Shown here in pieces: positions 47,016 through 57,574 of a DNA stretch of 64,000 nucleotides. A model generated the notes under the pieces. The model did not search any database, was not told the origin of the DNA, and was given only the letters and a program-made list of their open reading frames with translations. This DNA is from Sideroxydans sp. (GTDB lineage Bacteria; Pseudomonadota; Gammaproteobacteria; Burkholderiales; Gallionellaceae): NCBI GenBank assembly GCA_028710605.1, contig JAQTTU010000008.1:92409-156408 (forward strand), read 5' to 3'. Position numbers and translations under genes: made by a program. Within the stretch, counting starts at the first letter, position 1; every line of letters begins with the position of its first letter.

Positions 47016-48500
47016 GTGACCATCGAAACCGAACTCAAGCTGCACATCACTCCAGAGCATCTGCAAAAGCTCAAGCGTCATCCCTTCCTGCGTTCGCTTT
47101 CTTCCACCCGCGCGCGCACGCTCAAGCTGTACAGCATCTACTACGACACCGCCGATCTGGCACTGCGCCGGCGCGCGATGGCTTTGCGTTTGCGCCGCAT
47201 CGGCAAACAGTTTTTGCAAACGTTAAAAGGCGGCGGGCAGGTGAGTGCGGGGCTGCATCAGCGCAACGAATGGGAAACGCCGGTGCTGTCCGAGCAATTG
47301 GATTTCGATGCGCTCAAGCAAAGCGGCGGCGAATTGCCGAGCGGCGTGCGCAACCGTTTGCAGCCGGTGTTTGTCACCGACTTTTCGCGCAATGTGCGCC
47401 TGCTGAATTTCGGGGGCGCGGAGATCGAGCTGTGTATGGACAGCGGCGAGATACGCGCCGGGCAATCGAGCTGTCCGATTTCGGAAGTGGAACTCGAACT
47501 CAAATCCGGCGCGCCGCAGCAACTGTTCAAACTCGCGCTGGCCTTGCTCGACATCGTGCCGCTGCAAGTGGAGCACACCAGCAAGGCGGAATACGGCTAC
47601 CTGCTGTTCGCAGCAAGCAATCCCTCGGTGAGCAAAGCCAAATTTCCGCCGCTGAAAAAATCGCAGTCCATCGCCAGCGCCCTGCAAGACTTGATCGCCG
47701 CCTGTTTGTCGCACGTGCAATCCAACGTGCCGGGCGCGCTGCTAAAACTGGATGAGGAATATCTGCATCAGGTGCGCGTCGGCTTGCGCCGCTTGCGCGT
47801 GGCGCTGGCTATCGCGCAACGCTTTCACGCCGATGCGGAATTGACGGACTTGCGCGGGCAGGTGGCGAAGTTGTGTGTGGAGCTGGGGCGTTCGCGCGAA
47901 TGGGACGTGTTCGTCACGCAGACGCTGGCACCGATTTGCACCCGCTTGCCGGAACACGCCGGACTGCGCGAGGTGTTGAGCGTGAGCGAGCGCGCGCGCA
48001 AGAAGCAACATGCCGGAATGGAGCAGAGCCTCGCCTCGCCGGATTTTCAGCGTCTGCTGCTGCGCTTCGGCGCGTGGATGCACGGTGTGCAAGCGGAAGA
48101 GACGGAAACCACGCTGCACCAATTCGCCGCGCAAACGCTGGCGCGGCGCAACAAGTCGGTCATCAAACACGGCAAAGCGCTGGTCGGCGAAGATGCCGCG
48201 CAATTGCACGCGCTGCGCATCGCCTGCAAAAAACTGCGCTACAGCATCGAGATGTTCGACAGTTTATTTGCCGCAAACGACAAAGAGTATTTGGACGCGC
48301 TGGCCGATCTGCAAGATATTCTGGGCATCCTCAACGACCTCGCCGTGGCGCACCGCCTGCTGGGCGAGCTGGACAACCCCGCGCGCCACGAAACCCTCGC
48401 CCTGATACGCGGCTGGATGGAACACGACTACGCCGAGCGCGTGGCCGAGTTCGGCAAAGCTTGGAAACGCTTCGAGGCGCAAAAAGGGTTTTGGGATTAG
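47016..48500 (+). CDS. CYTH (triphosphate tunnel metalloenzyme) + CHAD domain protein
   Basis: ExExK motif IETELKL at the N-terminus. CHAD helices with LHQVRVGLRRLRVAL and LHALRIACKKLRYSIEMF. GTG start 8 nt after the upstream stop. Confidence 0.85.
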   Translation: MTIETELKLHITPEHLQKLKRHPFLRSLSSTRARTLKLYSIYYDTADLALRRRAMALRLRRIGKQFLQTLKGGGQVSAGLHQRNEWETPVLSEQLDFDALKQSGGELPSGVRNRLQPVFVTDFSRNVRLLNFGGAEIELCMDSGEIRAGQSSCPISEVELELKSGAPQQLFKLALALLDIVPLQVEHTSKAEYGYLLFAASNPSVSKAKFPPLKKSQSIASALQDLIAACLSHVQSNVPGALLKLDEEYLHQVRVGLRRLRVALAIAQRFHADAELTDLRGQVAKLCVELGRSREWDVFVTQTLAPICTRLPEHAGLREVLSVSERARKKQHAGMEQSLASPDFQRLLLRFGAWMHGVQAEETETTLHQFAAQTLARRNKSVIKHGKALVGEDAAQLHALRIACKKLRYSIEMFDSLFAANDKEYLDALADLQDILGILNDLAVAHRLLGELDNPARHETLALIRGWMEHDYAERVAEFGKAWKRFEAQKGFWD

Positions 48501-48618
48501 CAAATTTCCAACTTTCCGGGAATGGTTTGGGTCGGGGTTGGCGGTTTTATGCGGATTGCATTACTAATTGATTATCCATGTGTTTCGGGTAATATCCACA
48601 CGCGCTACGTGCCGGTTC

Positions 48619-48675
48619 AATAAACACGGCAATCTTCGGGCGATGTGTCTGTAGATTGCCTATTGACGGGCACTT
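48619..48675 (+). repeat. GTAG-65 dispersed repeat, copy 6
   Basis: AATAAACACGGCAATCTTCGGGCGATGTGTCTGTAGATTGCCTATTGACGGGCAC. Confidence 0.8.
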
Positions 48676-48784
48676 TCGCGATGTTCTGTGAACTGATTTG
48701 TTGTCCGTTTGTGTTTGCTCCATTCTCCCGCTTGCAGGCGAAGTTGCTGCACAACTTTCCAACCGAAATGCATATAGGTGCCAG

Positions 48785-51700
48785 ATGAAAAAGCTCAAAG
48801 AAGTGGTCAAGCTTGCGGTTGGGGCGTTGTATATGTGGGGCGTGATAGGTATCAAGCTAGTGGCGGGGCAGCTAAAAGAGTCCGGGCGAAAACAGGCGAT
48901 ATTTGCGCTGGTGTTGGTGTGCGGGTTGTTATGGTTTTTCCAGCCGGTAGCCGGGTGGAAGAACTGGTGGGAATGGCATACTTTTAGCGGGGCAAGAGAA
49001 GATCAAGCAATTTCCCGCGAACAGGCCAGTAGCTTGGGGCGATATGACTCGGGGATATATATTTCCGGCCCGGAACGCACGCGGTATAACCCGGAAGGCG
49101 GCGAGATCAAACCGAATCCGGTTTCATTCAATTTCCAAAGTTCGGTCGCACCGTTGGCGCGGGTGGGGCAGGAGGCGGAAGGCGTGGAGCTATCTCCGGC
49201 TTTGCCCGGCAAATGGATGTGGGTTTCGCCCAGCCGTCTGGAATTTTTGCCCGCGCAGGATTGGCCTATCGGCAAGGAATACAAAGTTTCGTTCGGCGAA
49301 AAAACCTTTGCCCCGCAAGTGGCGGTTGCCCGAAAGCTTACGTTTCAGACACCGCGTTTTGTATTGAATATTCGCTCGGCCAGTTTTTATCAAGACCCGG
49401 TGCAAGTCACTTTGCGCAAAGCAGTGTTCGAGGTCGAATTTTCCCACCCGGTCGATGCGCAATCTTTTGAGAAACAATTAAGCCTGGGCGGCAAGAAATT
49501 CAGCGTGACCTACGACAAGAACCGGTTGTCGGCCACAGTGCATTCCGAAGCGCTGAGTATTCCCAAAGACTCTACCGTTTTGACGCTGGTTATCGACGAG
49601 GGAACAGAGGCGCAACAGGGGGGCAATGCCGAAAGCAGACAGCTCAAACAGTCGGTAGAAATTCCCGGCTTGTACAGTCTGGAAATTTCAGAGCTCAAGC
49701 AAATGATTGTTTCCGCCGAAAACGGCGAGCCGGAACATGTGTTGCAAATGACTGCCGGGATGGCAGTGCATCAAAATGAAATGGAACGAGCGGTCAGCGC
49801 GTGGCTGTTGCCCCTGAAACATAAAACCGAAGGTTCGGAGAAAGAAACCACGGTTTGGAACGACACGGCGGATGTCACCGATGGCGTGCTGAAACAGTCC
49901 AAAAAAATTGCGCTTACCGCCATTCCGGCAGAGCGTGAAATCATTGAAACCCATTCGTATAAATTCACGGCAGAGCCGGGGCGATACATGCTGGTGCGCA
50001 TTGCCAAAGGCTTGAGTTCTGCGGGCGGCTACCAATTGGGTGAAACGCGCGATGCCATCTTGCGCGTGCAACAGTCTTCTCCCGAATTGTCGATTATGAG
50101 CAAAGGTTCTTTGCTGGCCATGTCCGGCGAAAAGAAGCTGCCCGTGATTGCCCGCGACCTGCCCGGCATGCATATTGAAATAGGCCGTTTGTTGCCGCAG
50201 CAATTGCAGCATCTGGTGACCCAATCTCAGGGCGAAATGAGCAATCCGGCGTTTTATTCCGGCATTACGCCAGATGAACTCACCGAACGCTTTGAAAAAA
50301 ATATCACGCTGAGCCATCAACCCGGCAAGACGCAGTTTGAATCCATAGACTTTGCCGACTATTTGCGTGCCGATGCATCCGACCGTCGCGGTGTATTTCT
50401 GCTTTCCATACAAGGCTACGATCCGGTGCCGGGCGGCACGCCCGCACCGGTTTATGTTCCGCCGCGTGCGCAGGCCGATGAATCCGGCGAATGCGATGGC
50501 GAGTGCGAGGGGGAATCCGGCGCGGAGCAATACTACGCCCCCGTGAATTACTCGGCCTACCGCGATAGCCGTCTGGTGATCGTGACCGACATGGGTGTGG
50601 TGTCCAAACAGGCGCTGGATGGATCGCGAGATGTATTCGTGCAATCCATTGCCAGCGGGCAGCCCGTCAGTGGTGCAACGGTGGAAATATGGGCGCGCAA
50701 TGGCACTGTGTTAGTCAGCCGCGAGACAGATGGTGGCGGCAGCGCGCATTTGCCCAGTGTGAACGGTATGTCCCGCGAAAAAGCCCAGGCGGTGCTGGTG
50801 GTCAGAAAAAGCGGCGATTTGAGTTTCCTGCCGTTGAATCGCTATGACCGCAATCTCGATACCTCGCGTTTTGATGTGGGCGGTGTGCATTCCTCCAGTC
50901 TGCCCAACCAGATTCAGGCATATCTGTTTTCGGATCGAGGTATTTACCGTCCCGGCGATACCATCAATGTCGGTATTGTGGCCAAGTCCAGCAACTGGTC
51001 GCAGAAGCTGGGCGAAATGCCGCTTGAAGTCGAGGTGATCGACGCGCGCGGTCTGGTGATCCGCCGCGACAAATTGAAGCTGGATGCAGGCGGTATGGCC
51101 GATTTCTCCCACGCCACGCAGGATGCTTCGCCCACGGGGAACTACACCATCAACTTGAATCTGGCGCGCGACTCCGGCTCGGCGTTACCCGGGGCTTCCA
51201 GCATGCCGCCGTTGCAGCTCGGCAGCACGACCATCAAGTTGCAGGAATTTATGCCCGACCGCATGAAAGTATCCGCTTCACTGTCTCAGGAAGCCGGGGA
51301 AGGCTGGGTTTCACCGAAAGAGTTGACGGCGAAAGTGAATGTGCAGAATCTGTTCGGCACACCCGCGCCGAATCGTCGTGTGGATGCCGCGCTGACGCTA
51401 TCGCCAGCCTATCCTTCGTTCCACCGTTATCCCGAATTCATTTTTTCCGATCCCTCGCGTGCCAGCGAAAAATTTCAAAGCAATCTGGAGCGCGGCAGCA
51501 CCGACAATGAGGGTAACGCCAGCTTCGATTTGGGGTTGCAACGCTATAAACAGGCGACGTATCAATTGCACATTCTGGTTAATGCATTTGAACCTGAAGG
51601 AGGGCGTAGCGTGTCCGCCGAAACTGCTGCGCTGGTTTCCGACCGCCCGTATTTGATCGGTTACAAGGCGGATGGTGATCTCGGCTATATCAACCGCGAT

Positions 51701-54700
51701 AGCGAACGCTCTATTTCGTTCATCGCCATTGACCCGAAAGCGCAGAAAACCAGCGTCAGCGATTTGCGTTTGGTGCGTATGGAGCGCAAGGTGGTTTCGG
51801 TATTGGTCAAGCAGTACAACGGTCTCTTCAAGTACGAATCGCGCGCGCTGGAAAGCGTGTTGAAAGAGGAAAAGTTCAAGGTGGCGGCGAGCGGCGGCGC
51901 TGTGTCCATGGATACCAAAACCCCCGGAAATTTTGCATATTTGGTGCGCGATGCGCAGGGCTTGGAATTGGCGCGCGTCAATTACAGCGTGGTCGGCGAG
52001 GGCAATGTTACGCGCTCGCTGGACAGGAACGCCGAACTGCAAATGACGTTGAGCAGCAAGGATTACGAACCGGGCAACGAGATCGAAATCAGTATTCGCG
52101 CGCCTTATGCCGGAGCCGGTTTAATCACCATCGAACGGGACAAGGTGTATGCCCACAAATGGTTCAAGACGACGGATACCGCCTCGGTTCAGAAAATAAC
52201 GCTGCCCAAGGATTTTGAAGGCAACGGTTACGTGTCGGTGCAGTTCGTGCGCGATCTGGCTTCCAGCGAAATCTACATGAGCCCGATGAGTTACGGGGTC
52301 ATGCCATTTGCCACCAGCCTGTCGCGCCGCACTACGCCCATGTCTTTGCATGTGCCGGAACTGTTGAAGCCGGGACAAGTCGCAAAATTCAAACTCGAAT
52401 CCAAAGTGCCCAGCCGCGCCATCGTGTTTGCGGTGGATGAAGGGATTTTGCAGGTGGCACGCTACCAGACTCCCGATCCGCTCAAATTCTTTTTCCAGAA
52501 ACGGGCGCTGGAAGTCAACACCCAGCAAACATTGGATTTGATCCTGCCGGAATTCAAGAAATTGATGCAGGGTGCGGCACCGGGGGGCGATGCGGAAGCG
52601 CTGATCGGCAAACATCTCAACCCGTTCAAACGCAAAACCGACAAACCTGTGGTGTTCTGGTCGGGCATCGTGGAGGTGAGCGGCAGCCGCGAATTTTCTT
52701 ACACCATCCCGGAGAGTTTTAACGGCGCGCTGCGGGTGATGGCAGTGACCGTGAATGACGATACGGTTGCCGCCACCTCGGCCACGACCACGGTGCGCGG
52801 GGATATTGTGTTGTTGCCCAACGTGCCGGTGGCGATCACGCCGGGCGATGAAGTGGAAATCGGCGTGGGCGTGTCCAACAACACCAAAGGTTCGGGCAAG
52901 GATGCTCCGGTGAAGCTAACGCTGAATGTCACGCCGGGACTTGAAGTGCAGGGGGCGATCACGCAAACCTTGTCCATCAGCGAACGTTCCGAAGGTTCGA
53001 CCAAATTCCGTGTCAAGGCCAAGTCCGGGGCGCAGGCGCAACTGGGTTCGGCCAGTGTTATTTTTAGCGCGCAAATCAAGGAGGCGAAGGCAAAACTATC
53101 GACCGATGTCAGTGTGCGTCCCGCTTCCGGCTTTGTGACGCTGGTGCAAACCGGTATATTTCGCGGTGATGCCGAACTGGCCTCCAAAGCGGAAATGTAT
53201 CCCAACTTCAAACGCAGCGAAGCCGCCTTGTCGGGGTCGCCGTGGGCGTTTGCTGCGGGGCTGGTGCAATACCTCGATGTCTATCCGCACGGCTGTTCGG
53301 AGCAAATCACCAGCCAGACTTTTCCGGCGGTGGTGTTGTCCACCCAGCCTGCGGTAGCCGAACAATTGCTCAAGCTCGAAAAGCAAACCGGCGCTAAAAA
53401 GCCGGATGCGCACAAAACTTTCGAGCGTTACCTGACTCAAGTCCGCGCGCGCCAATCGGCCGATGGCGGTATCGCAATGTGGCCGGGGAACAGTTCCGAT
53501 TTGTTTGCCACGACTTACGTGGTCAGCTTGCTGGTCGAGGCCAAGGAACGCAAATTTGCCGTGCCCAACGACATGTTGCAGCGCGCCAATATGTATCTGC
53601 AATTGCGCTTGGCCGAAGCTTCGCGCCAGGATTACAACTGGCGCGTGCAGGCGCAAGCCGCGTATTTGTTGACCAAGCAAGGGGTGGTCGTGGCGGCGGC
53701 GCTGAACAATCTGCATGAGAATTTGCGCAGCCGGATATCCTCCGCGAGCAATGCGGGGCAGCGCGATGCCATCGCCAGCGATCTGGGCGCGGTGTATCTC
53801 GCAGCGAGTTTTCAGATATTGAAGCAGGAAAAAATCGCTCAGGAATTGCTGCAACCCGCGATCAAGGACTTGGTCGCCAACACTGATCCGTGGCGGCGCT
53901 GGTATTGGTATTACTACTATGATCCGCTGGTGTACCGAGCCACCACCATGCAATTGGTCGCGCTGCATTTCCCCGCACAGATCAAACAGTTGCCCTTGGA
54001 TTTCTGGACACGCATGGCCGGTGCCATCCATGACAACTATTACCAGAGCCTGTCTGCTGCCAGGATATTGTTGGCGGTGGATGCATATGCGGCCGCCGCC
54101 GCGCAATCGGCGGCGGGCAAGGTGAGCTTGAGTGCGGTGGATAAAGCGGGTGTCGCCAAAGCGATTGCATTGCCGCAAAAACTGGTCTTGACGCAATTAT
54201 CCGTACCGCTGGATGCGACCAAACTGAAATTGAGCAGCGGCGGCGAATTGCCGCTGTTTTATTCCTGGGCGGAATCCGGTTACGAGCTGAATGTGCCGAA
54301 AGAAGCGATCAACAAAGGGATAGAAATCATCCACGAATTTCTGGATGCAAAAGGCAATGTGGTTGGCGAAGCGCAGGTCGGCGACGAATTGACCGTGCGC
54401 GTCAGAGTGCGTGCAACAGAGCGCGATCAGTTACAACAAGTCGCGTTGGTCGATGTGTTACCCGGCGGCGTGGAACCAGTGTTGACCGCGCCTTCCGACA
54501 ACGATGCGCCGGATATGCCGCTCTGGCGCAGAAGGCTGGGCGGCAACAGCACTTGGGAAATCGAGTATGCGGATATTCGCGAGGATCGGGTGATATTTTA
54601 CGGCACGGTGAATAGCAACATGACCGAGGTGACCTACAAAGTGCGCGCGACCAACGTCGGCGAATTCGTCGTTCCTGCGGCTTATGGCGAGGCGATGTAC

Positions 54701-54763
54701 GAGCGGCGTGTTTTCGGTCGTTCTGCGGGGGCGAGCTTTAAGGTAAATCCGGCGGATAAATGA
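48785..54763 (+). CDS. Bacterial alpha-2-macroglobulin (thioester-containing, YfhM/ECAM type)
   Basis: About 1990 aa. Thioester motif GCSEQ (YPHGCSEQITSQ). Followed by overlapping pbpC. N-terminal hydrophobic anchor. Confidence 0.9.
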   Translation: MKKLKEVVKLAVGALYMWGVIGIKLVAGQLKESGRKQAIFALVLVCGLLWFFQPVAGWKNWWEWHTFSGAREDQAISREQASSLGRYDSGIYISGPERTRYNPEGGEIKPNPVSFNFQSSVAPLARVGQEAEGVELSPALPGKWMWVSPSRLEFLPAQDWPIGKEYKVSFGEKTFAPQVAVARKLTFQTPRFVLNIRSASFYQDPVQVTLRKAVFEVEFSHPVDAQSFEKQLSLGGKKFSVTYDKNRLSATVHSEALSIPKDSTVLTLVIDEGTEAQQGGNAESRQLKQSVEIPGLYSLEISELKQMIVSAENGEPEHVLQMTAGMAVHQNEMERAVSAWLLPLKHKTEGSEKETTVWNDTADVTDGVLKQSKKIALTAIPAEREIIETHSYKFTAEPGRYMLVRIAKGLSSAGGYQLGETRDAILRVQQSSPELSIMSKGSLLAMSGEKKLPVIARDLPGMHIEIGRLLPQQLQHLVTQSQGEMSNPAFYSGITPDELTERFEKNITLSHQPGKTQFESIDFADYLRADASDRRGVFLLSIQGYDPVPGGTPAPVYVPPRAQADESGECDGECEGESGAEQYYAPVNYSAYRDSRLVIVTDMGVVSKQALDGSRDVFVQSIASGQPVSGATVEIWARNGTVLVSRETDGGGSAHLPSVNGMSREKAQAVLVVRKSGDLSFLPLNRYDRNLDTSRFDVGGVHSSSLPNQIQAYLFSDRGIYRPGDTINVGIVAKSSNWSQKLGEMPLEVEVIDARGLVIRRDKLKLDAGGMADFSHATQDASPTGNYTINLNLARDSGSALPGASSMPPLQLGSTTIKLQEFMPDRMKVSASLSQEAGEGWVSPKELTAKVNVQNLFGTPAPNRRVDAALTLSPAYPSFHRYPEFIFSDPSRASEKFQSNLERGSTDNEGNASFDLGLQRYKQATYQLHILVNAFEPEGGRSVSAETAALVSDRPYLIGYKADGDLGYINRDSERSISFIAIDPKAQKTSVSDLRLVRMERKVVSVLVKQYNGLFKYESRALESVLKEEKFKVAASGGAVSMDTKTPGNFAYLVRDAQGLELARVNYSVVGEGNVTRSLDRNAELQMTLSSKDYEPGNEIEISIRAPYAGAGLITIERDKVYAHKWFKTTDTASVQKITLPKDFEGNGYVSVQFVRDLASSEIYMSPMSYGVMPFATSLSRRTTPMSLHVPELLKPGQVAKFKLESKVPSRAIVFAVDEGILQVARYQTPDPLKFFFQKRALEVNTQQTLDLILPEFKKLMQGAAPGGDAEALIGKHLNPFKRKTDKPVVFWSGIVEVSGSREFSYTIPESFNGALRVMAVTVNDDTVAATSATTTVRGDIVLLPNVPVAITPGDEVEIGVGVSNNTKGSGKDAPVKLTLNVTPGLEVQGAITQTLSISERSEGSTKFRVKAKSGAQAQLGSASVIFSAQIKEAKAKLSTDVSVRPASGFVTLVQTGIFRGDAELASKAEMYPNFKRSEAALSGSPWAFAAGLVQYLDVYPHGCSEQITSQTFPAVVLSTQPAVAEQLLKLEKQTGAKKPDAHKTFERYLTQVRARQSADGGIAMWPGNSSDLFATTYVVSLLVEAKERKFAVPNDMLQRANMYLQLRLAEASRQDYNWRVQAQAAYLLTKQGVVVAAALNNLHENLRSRISSASNAGQRDAIASDLGAVYLAASFQILKQEKIAQELLQPAIKDLVANTDPWRRWYWYYYYDPLVYRATTMQLVALHFPAQIKQLPLDFWTRMAGAIHDNYYQSLSAARILLAVDAYAAAAAQSAAGKVSLSAVDKAGVAKAIALPQKLVLTQLSVPLDATKLKLSSGGELPLFYSWAESGYELNVPKEAINKGIEIIHEFLDAKGNVVGEAQVGDELTVRVRVRATERDQLQQVALVDVLPGGVEPVLTAPSDNDAPDMPLWRRRLGGNSTWEIEYADIREDRVIFYGTVNSNMTEVTYKVRATNVGEFVVPAAYGEAMYERRVFGRSAGASFKVNPADK

Positions 54764-57093
54764 GATTTGCGGGTGTAAAACAAATCGCTGGCTGGATTCC
54801 TTGGCGTAGTCGCAAAGCCGGATTGTTGTTGGGCTCGTTGCTGTTTATTGTCGTGCTGCGACTCTGGCCGGGTACACCATTGTCGGATCAATTTGCCTCC
54901 TCGCGTAGCGTGTTGGCAGATAACGGCGAGTTGTTGCGGCTGACCTTGGCGGCGGACGAGCAGTTTCGTTTGTGGACTCCTCTGGACGAAATCGCCGCGC
55001 CTATGCAGCAGGCGATTTTGCTGTATGAGGATCGCTGGTTTTATTGGCATCCGGGCATCAATCCGTGGGCGATTATCAGGGCGGCGGGAGTGACCGCTAC
55101 CGGTTCAAGGCGTATCGGCGGTTCTACCATCACCATGCAACTGGCGCGCCGTTTGTATGGCATCGACAGCCGCAGTCTCGCCGGAAAATTGGAGCAGGTG
55201 CTGGCTGCGATGTGGCTGGAACTGCGTTACGGCAAAAAGGAAATTCTGGAGGCTTATCTCAACTGCGCGCCTTTCGGCGGAAATATTGAAGGGGTGGGCG
55301 CAGCCAGTCTGGTGTATCTGGGCAAACCGGCGCGAATGCTGAATGTGCCGGAAGCATTGAACCTCGCGGTGATTCCGCAAAATCCGCGCAAGCGTTTGGG
55401 ACAATCGTCTGCTGGAATGCAATCCGAGGAGCTGCGCGAAGCACGTGGTCGCCTGGCAATAAACTGGGCGAGCGCTTATCCGCAAGATGCGCGATTTGCC
55501 GAAGAAAGCGCGTTGCAGATGTCTTTCCATTCGCGCGCCAACCTGCCATTTCGCGCACCGCACGCGGTTGATTTTCTGCTGCGTTCTTCGACTGCCCGCG
55601 AAATAAACTCCTCAATCAACTTGCCGGTGCAATCGGTGGTCGAACGCGTGTTGGGCGAGTACGTCAAGTCGCGCGCTTCTGCCGGGATCAATAATGCTTC
55701 CGCTATTCTGGTGGACACATCAACCATGCAGGTTAAAGCGATGGTCGGCTCGGCTGATTATCAAAACGATGAAATTGCCGGACAAGTGAACGGGGTGTTT
55801 GGCAAGCGCTCGCCGGGTTCGACGCTCAAGCCCTATATTTATGGCTTGGCGCTGGATCAGGGGTTGATTCACTCCGCCACTATTCTCAAGGATGCACCTA
55901 AAAGTTACGGCGCATTTTCCCCGGAAAACTTCGATGGTCGCTTTACCGGCCCCATTGCCGCGCAGGATGCGCTGATTCGCAGTCGCAATGTGCCGGCGGT
56001 GGAGCTGGCTTCACACTTGAGCCGTCCCAGTTTATATGACTTTCTGAAACTGGCCGGGGTGAGCAGACTTGCCTCGGAACAGCATTACGGACTGGCTCTG
56101 GTATTGGGTGGGGGCGAGGTGACCATGGCCGAGTTGGCGCAACTTAATGCCATGTTGGCCAATCATGGAAAATGGCAAGAACTGCGCTATGTGTCCGATA
56201 AGCAGCTCTCTCCGCAAACCCCGTTAATCTTGTTAAGCCCGGCTGCGGCTTATGTCACTCTGGACATGCTGCGGCAAACTCCCCGACCCGACACCTATGC
56301 CCCGGCACGCCCGGCAATTGCATGGAAAACAGGCACGTCGTGGGGGTTTCGTGATGCGTGGACGGCGGGCGTGTTTGGTCGATATGTGTTGGTGGTATGG
56401 GTCGGCAATTTTGACGGTTCGGGCAATCCGGCATTTATCGGTATTGAGGCGGCAGCGCCATTGTTCATGCGCATTGTTGATGCGCTGCGCGCCGAACGGC
56501 TGGATCCCGGAGAAATGGCATTTACCCAGCCAGCAGATTTGCAGCGCGTCGAAATTTGTACTGCCAGCGGCGACATACCCAACGATGCCTGCTGCGTCCG
56601 TTCTCAGGCGTGGTTCATCGCGGGCAAATCGCCTATACGCAAAAGCACTTTGCACCGCAGCGTGCTGATGGACACGCGTACCGGCAAAATTGCCTGCCAA
56701 CCCGGCCCGTACACCCGAACGGAAATATTTGAATACTGGTCTTCGGATATGGCCGCTATTTTTAAGCAAGCGGGAATGCCTTTGCGCCAACCGCCAAGCG
56801 GAAATTGTGATAACAATACCGACAACCAAATGCCGCCCAGCATTGTTTCGCCGCTGCGCGGCGTGATTCATGTTCGCCGTTTGGGCAAACAAGAACCGGT
56901 TTATCTGCGTGCGGAAGCGGGTACGAGCGACACTGGCTTGCTCTGGTTTGTGGATAACACATTGATCGGGCACAGCAAGCCTGGAGAAGCTATCGCTTGG
57001 AGCCCGCCGCAAAGCGGAAGTTATCTGTTGCGTGTTGTTGACTCGGAAGGTCGTGCAGACAGCCGCAAGATTCAGTTTGAAATGGCTGACTAG
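54760..57093 (+). CDS. pbpC: Penicillin-binding protein 1C
   Basis: Glycosyltransferase motifs EDRWFYWHPG and GGSTITMQLAR. Transpeptidase motifs SPGSTLKP (SxxK), SRN, KTGTS. C-terminal PbpC domain. Confidence 0.92.
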   Translation: MRFAGVKQIAGWIPWRSRKAGLLLGSLLFIVVLRLWPGTPLSDQFASSRSVLADNGELLRLTLAADEQFRLWTPLDEIAAPMQQAILLYEDRWFYWHPGINPWAIIRAAGVTATGSRRIGGSTITMQLARRLYGIDSRSLAGKLEQVLAAMWLELRYGKKEILEAYLNCAPFGGNIEGVGAASLVYLGKPARMLNVPEALNLAVIPQNPRKRLGQSSAGMQSEELREARGRLAINWASAYPQDARFAEESALQMSFHSRANLPFRAPHAVDFLLRSSTAREINSSINLPVQSVVERVLGEYVKSRASAGINNASAILVDTSTMQVKAMVGSADYQNDEIAGQVNGVFGKRSPGSTLKPYIYGLALDQGLIHSATILKDAPKSYGAFSPENFDGRFTGPIAAQDALIRSRNVPAVELASHLSRPSLYDFLKLAGVSRLASEQHYGLALVLGGGEVTMAELAQLNAMLANHGKWQELRYVSDKQLSPQTPLILLSPAAAYVTLDMLRQTPRPDTYAPARPAIAWKTGTSWGFRDAWTAGVFGRYVLVVWVGNFDGSGNPAFIGIEAAAPLFMRIVDALRAERLDPGEMAFTQPADLQRVEICTASGDIPNDACCVRSQAWFIAGKSPIRKSTLHRSVLMDTRTGKIACQPGPYTRTEIFEYWSSDMAAIFKQAGMPLRQPPSGNCDNNTDNQMPPSIVSPLRGVIHVRRLGKQEPVYLRAEAGTSDTGLLWFVDNTLIGHSKPGEAIAWSPPQSGSYLLRVVDSEGRADSRKIQFEMAD

Positions 57094-57141
57094 GGAATTG
57101 GCCGCCATTTGTTGCCCCAAGTTGCTCGCGGTTAATACATC

Positions 57142-57171
57142 TTGAGCGCAGCCCCCAATAAAGGGTAGAAT
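57142..57171 (+). promoter_or_regulatory. Candidate rpsO promoter
   Basis: TTGAGC, 18 nt, TAGAAT. Confidence 0.5.
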
Positions 57172-57201
57172 GCCGCACTTTTTAATTGGAGAGAGAAGTC
57201 A

Positions 57202-57471
57202 ATGTCTATTACCGCCGCTCAAAAATCGCAAATCGTGGCCGACTATCAACGTGCCCAGGGCGATACCGGCTCCCCTGAAGTACAAGTTGCCCTGATGACC
57301 GCTCGCATCAACTATCTGACCGATCATTTCAAAGAACACAACAAGGATCACCACTCGCGCCGTGGTCTGCTGCGCCTGGTGAGCCGCCGCCGCAAGCTGC
57401 TGGACTACCTGAAGAGCAAGAACGAAGCCGCTTACAAAGAGCTGATCCAGCGTCTGGAACTGCGCAAGTAA
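57202..57471 (+). CDS. rpsO: 30S ribosomal protein S15
   Basis: [30 protein letters not shown].. Confidence 0.95.
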   Translation: MSITAAQKSQIVADYQRAQGDTGSPEVQVALMTARINYLTDHFKEHNKDHHSRRGLLRLVSRRRKLLDYLKSKNEAAYKELIQRLELRK

Positions 57472-57484
57472 CTAAGGTTTGATC

Positions 57485-57516
57485 GAGCGGGTCGCGTAGG
57501 CGACCCGCTTCGTTTT
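57485..57516 (+). terminator. rpsO terminator / pnp leader hairpin
   Basis: GCGGGTCGC GTAG GCGACCCGC followed by TTCGTTTTG. It occupies the position of the RNase III-processed hairpin of E. coli rpsO-pnp. Confidence 0.6.
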
Positions 57517-57574
57517 GCATGTCATTTCATTACGCTGGCAACTCTGTCACGCTTACACTTTGGAGATCGCTATC

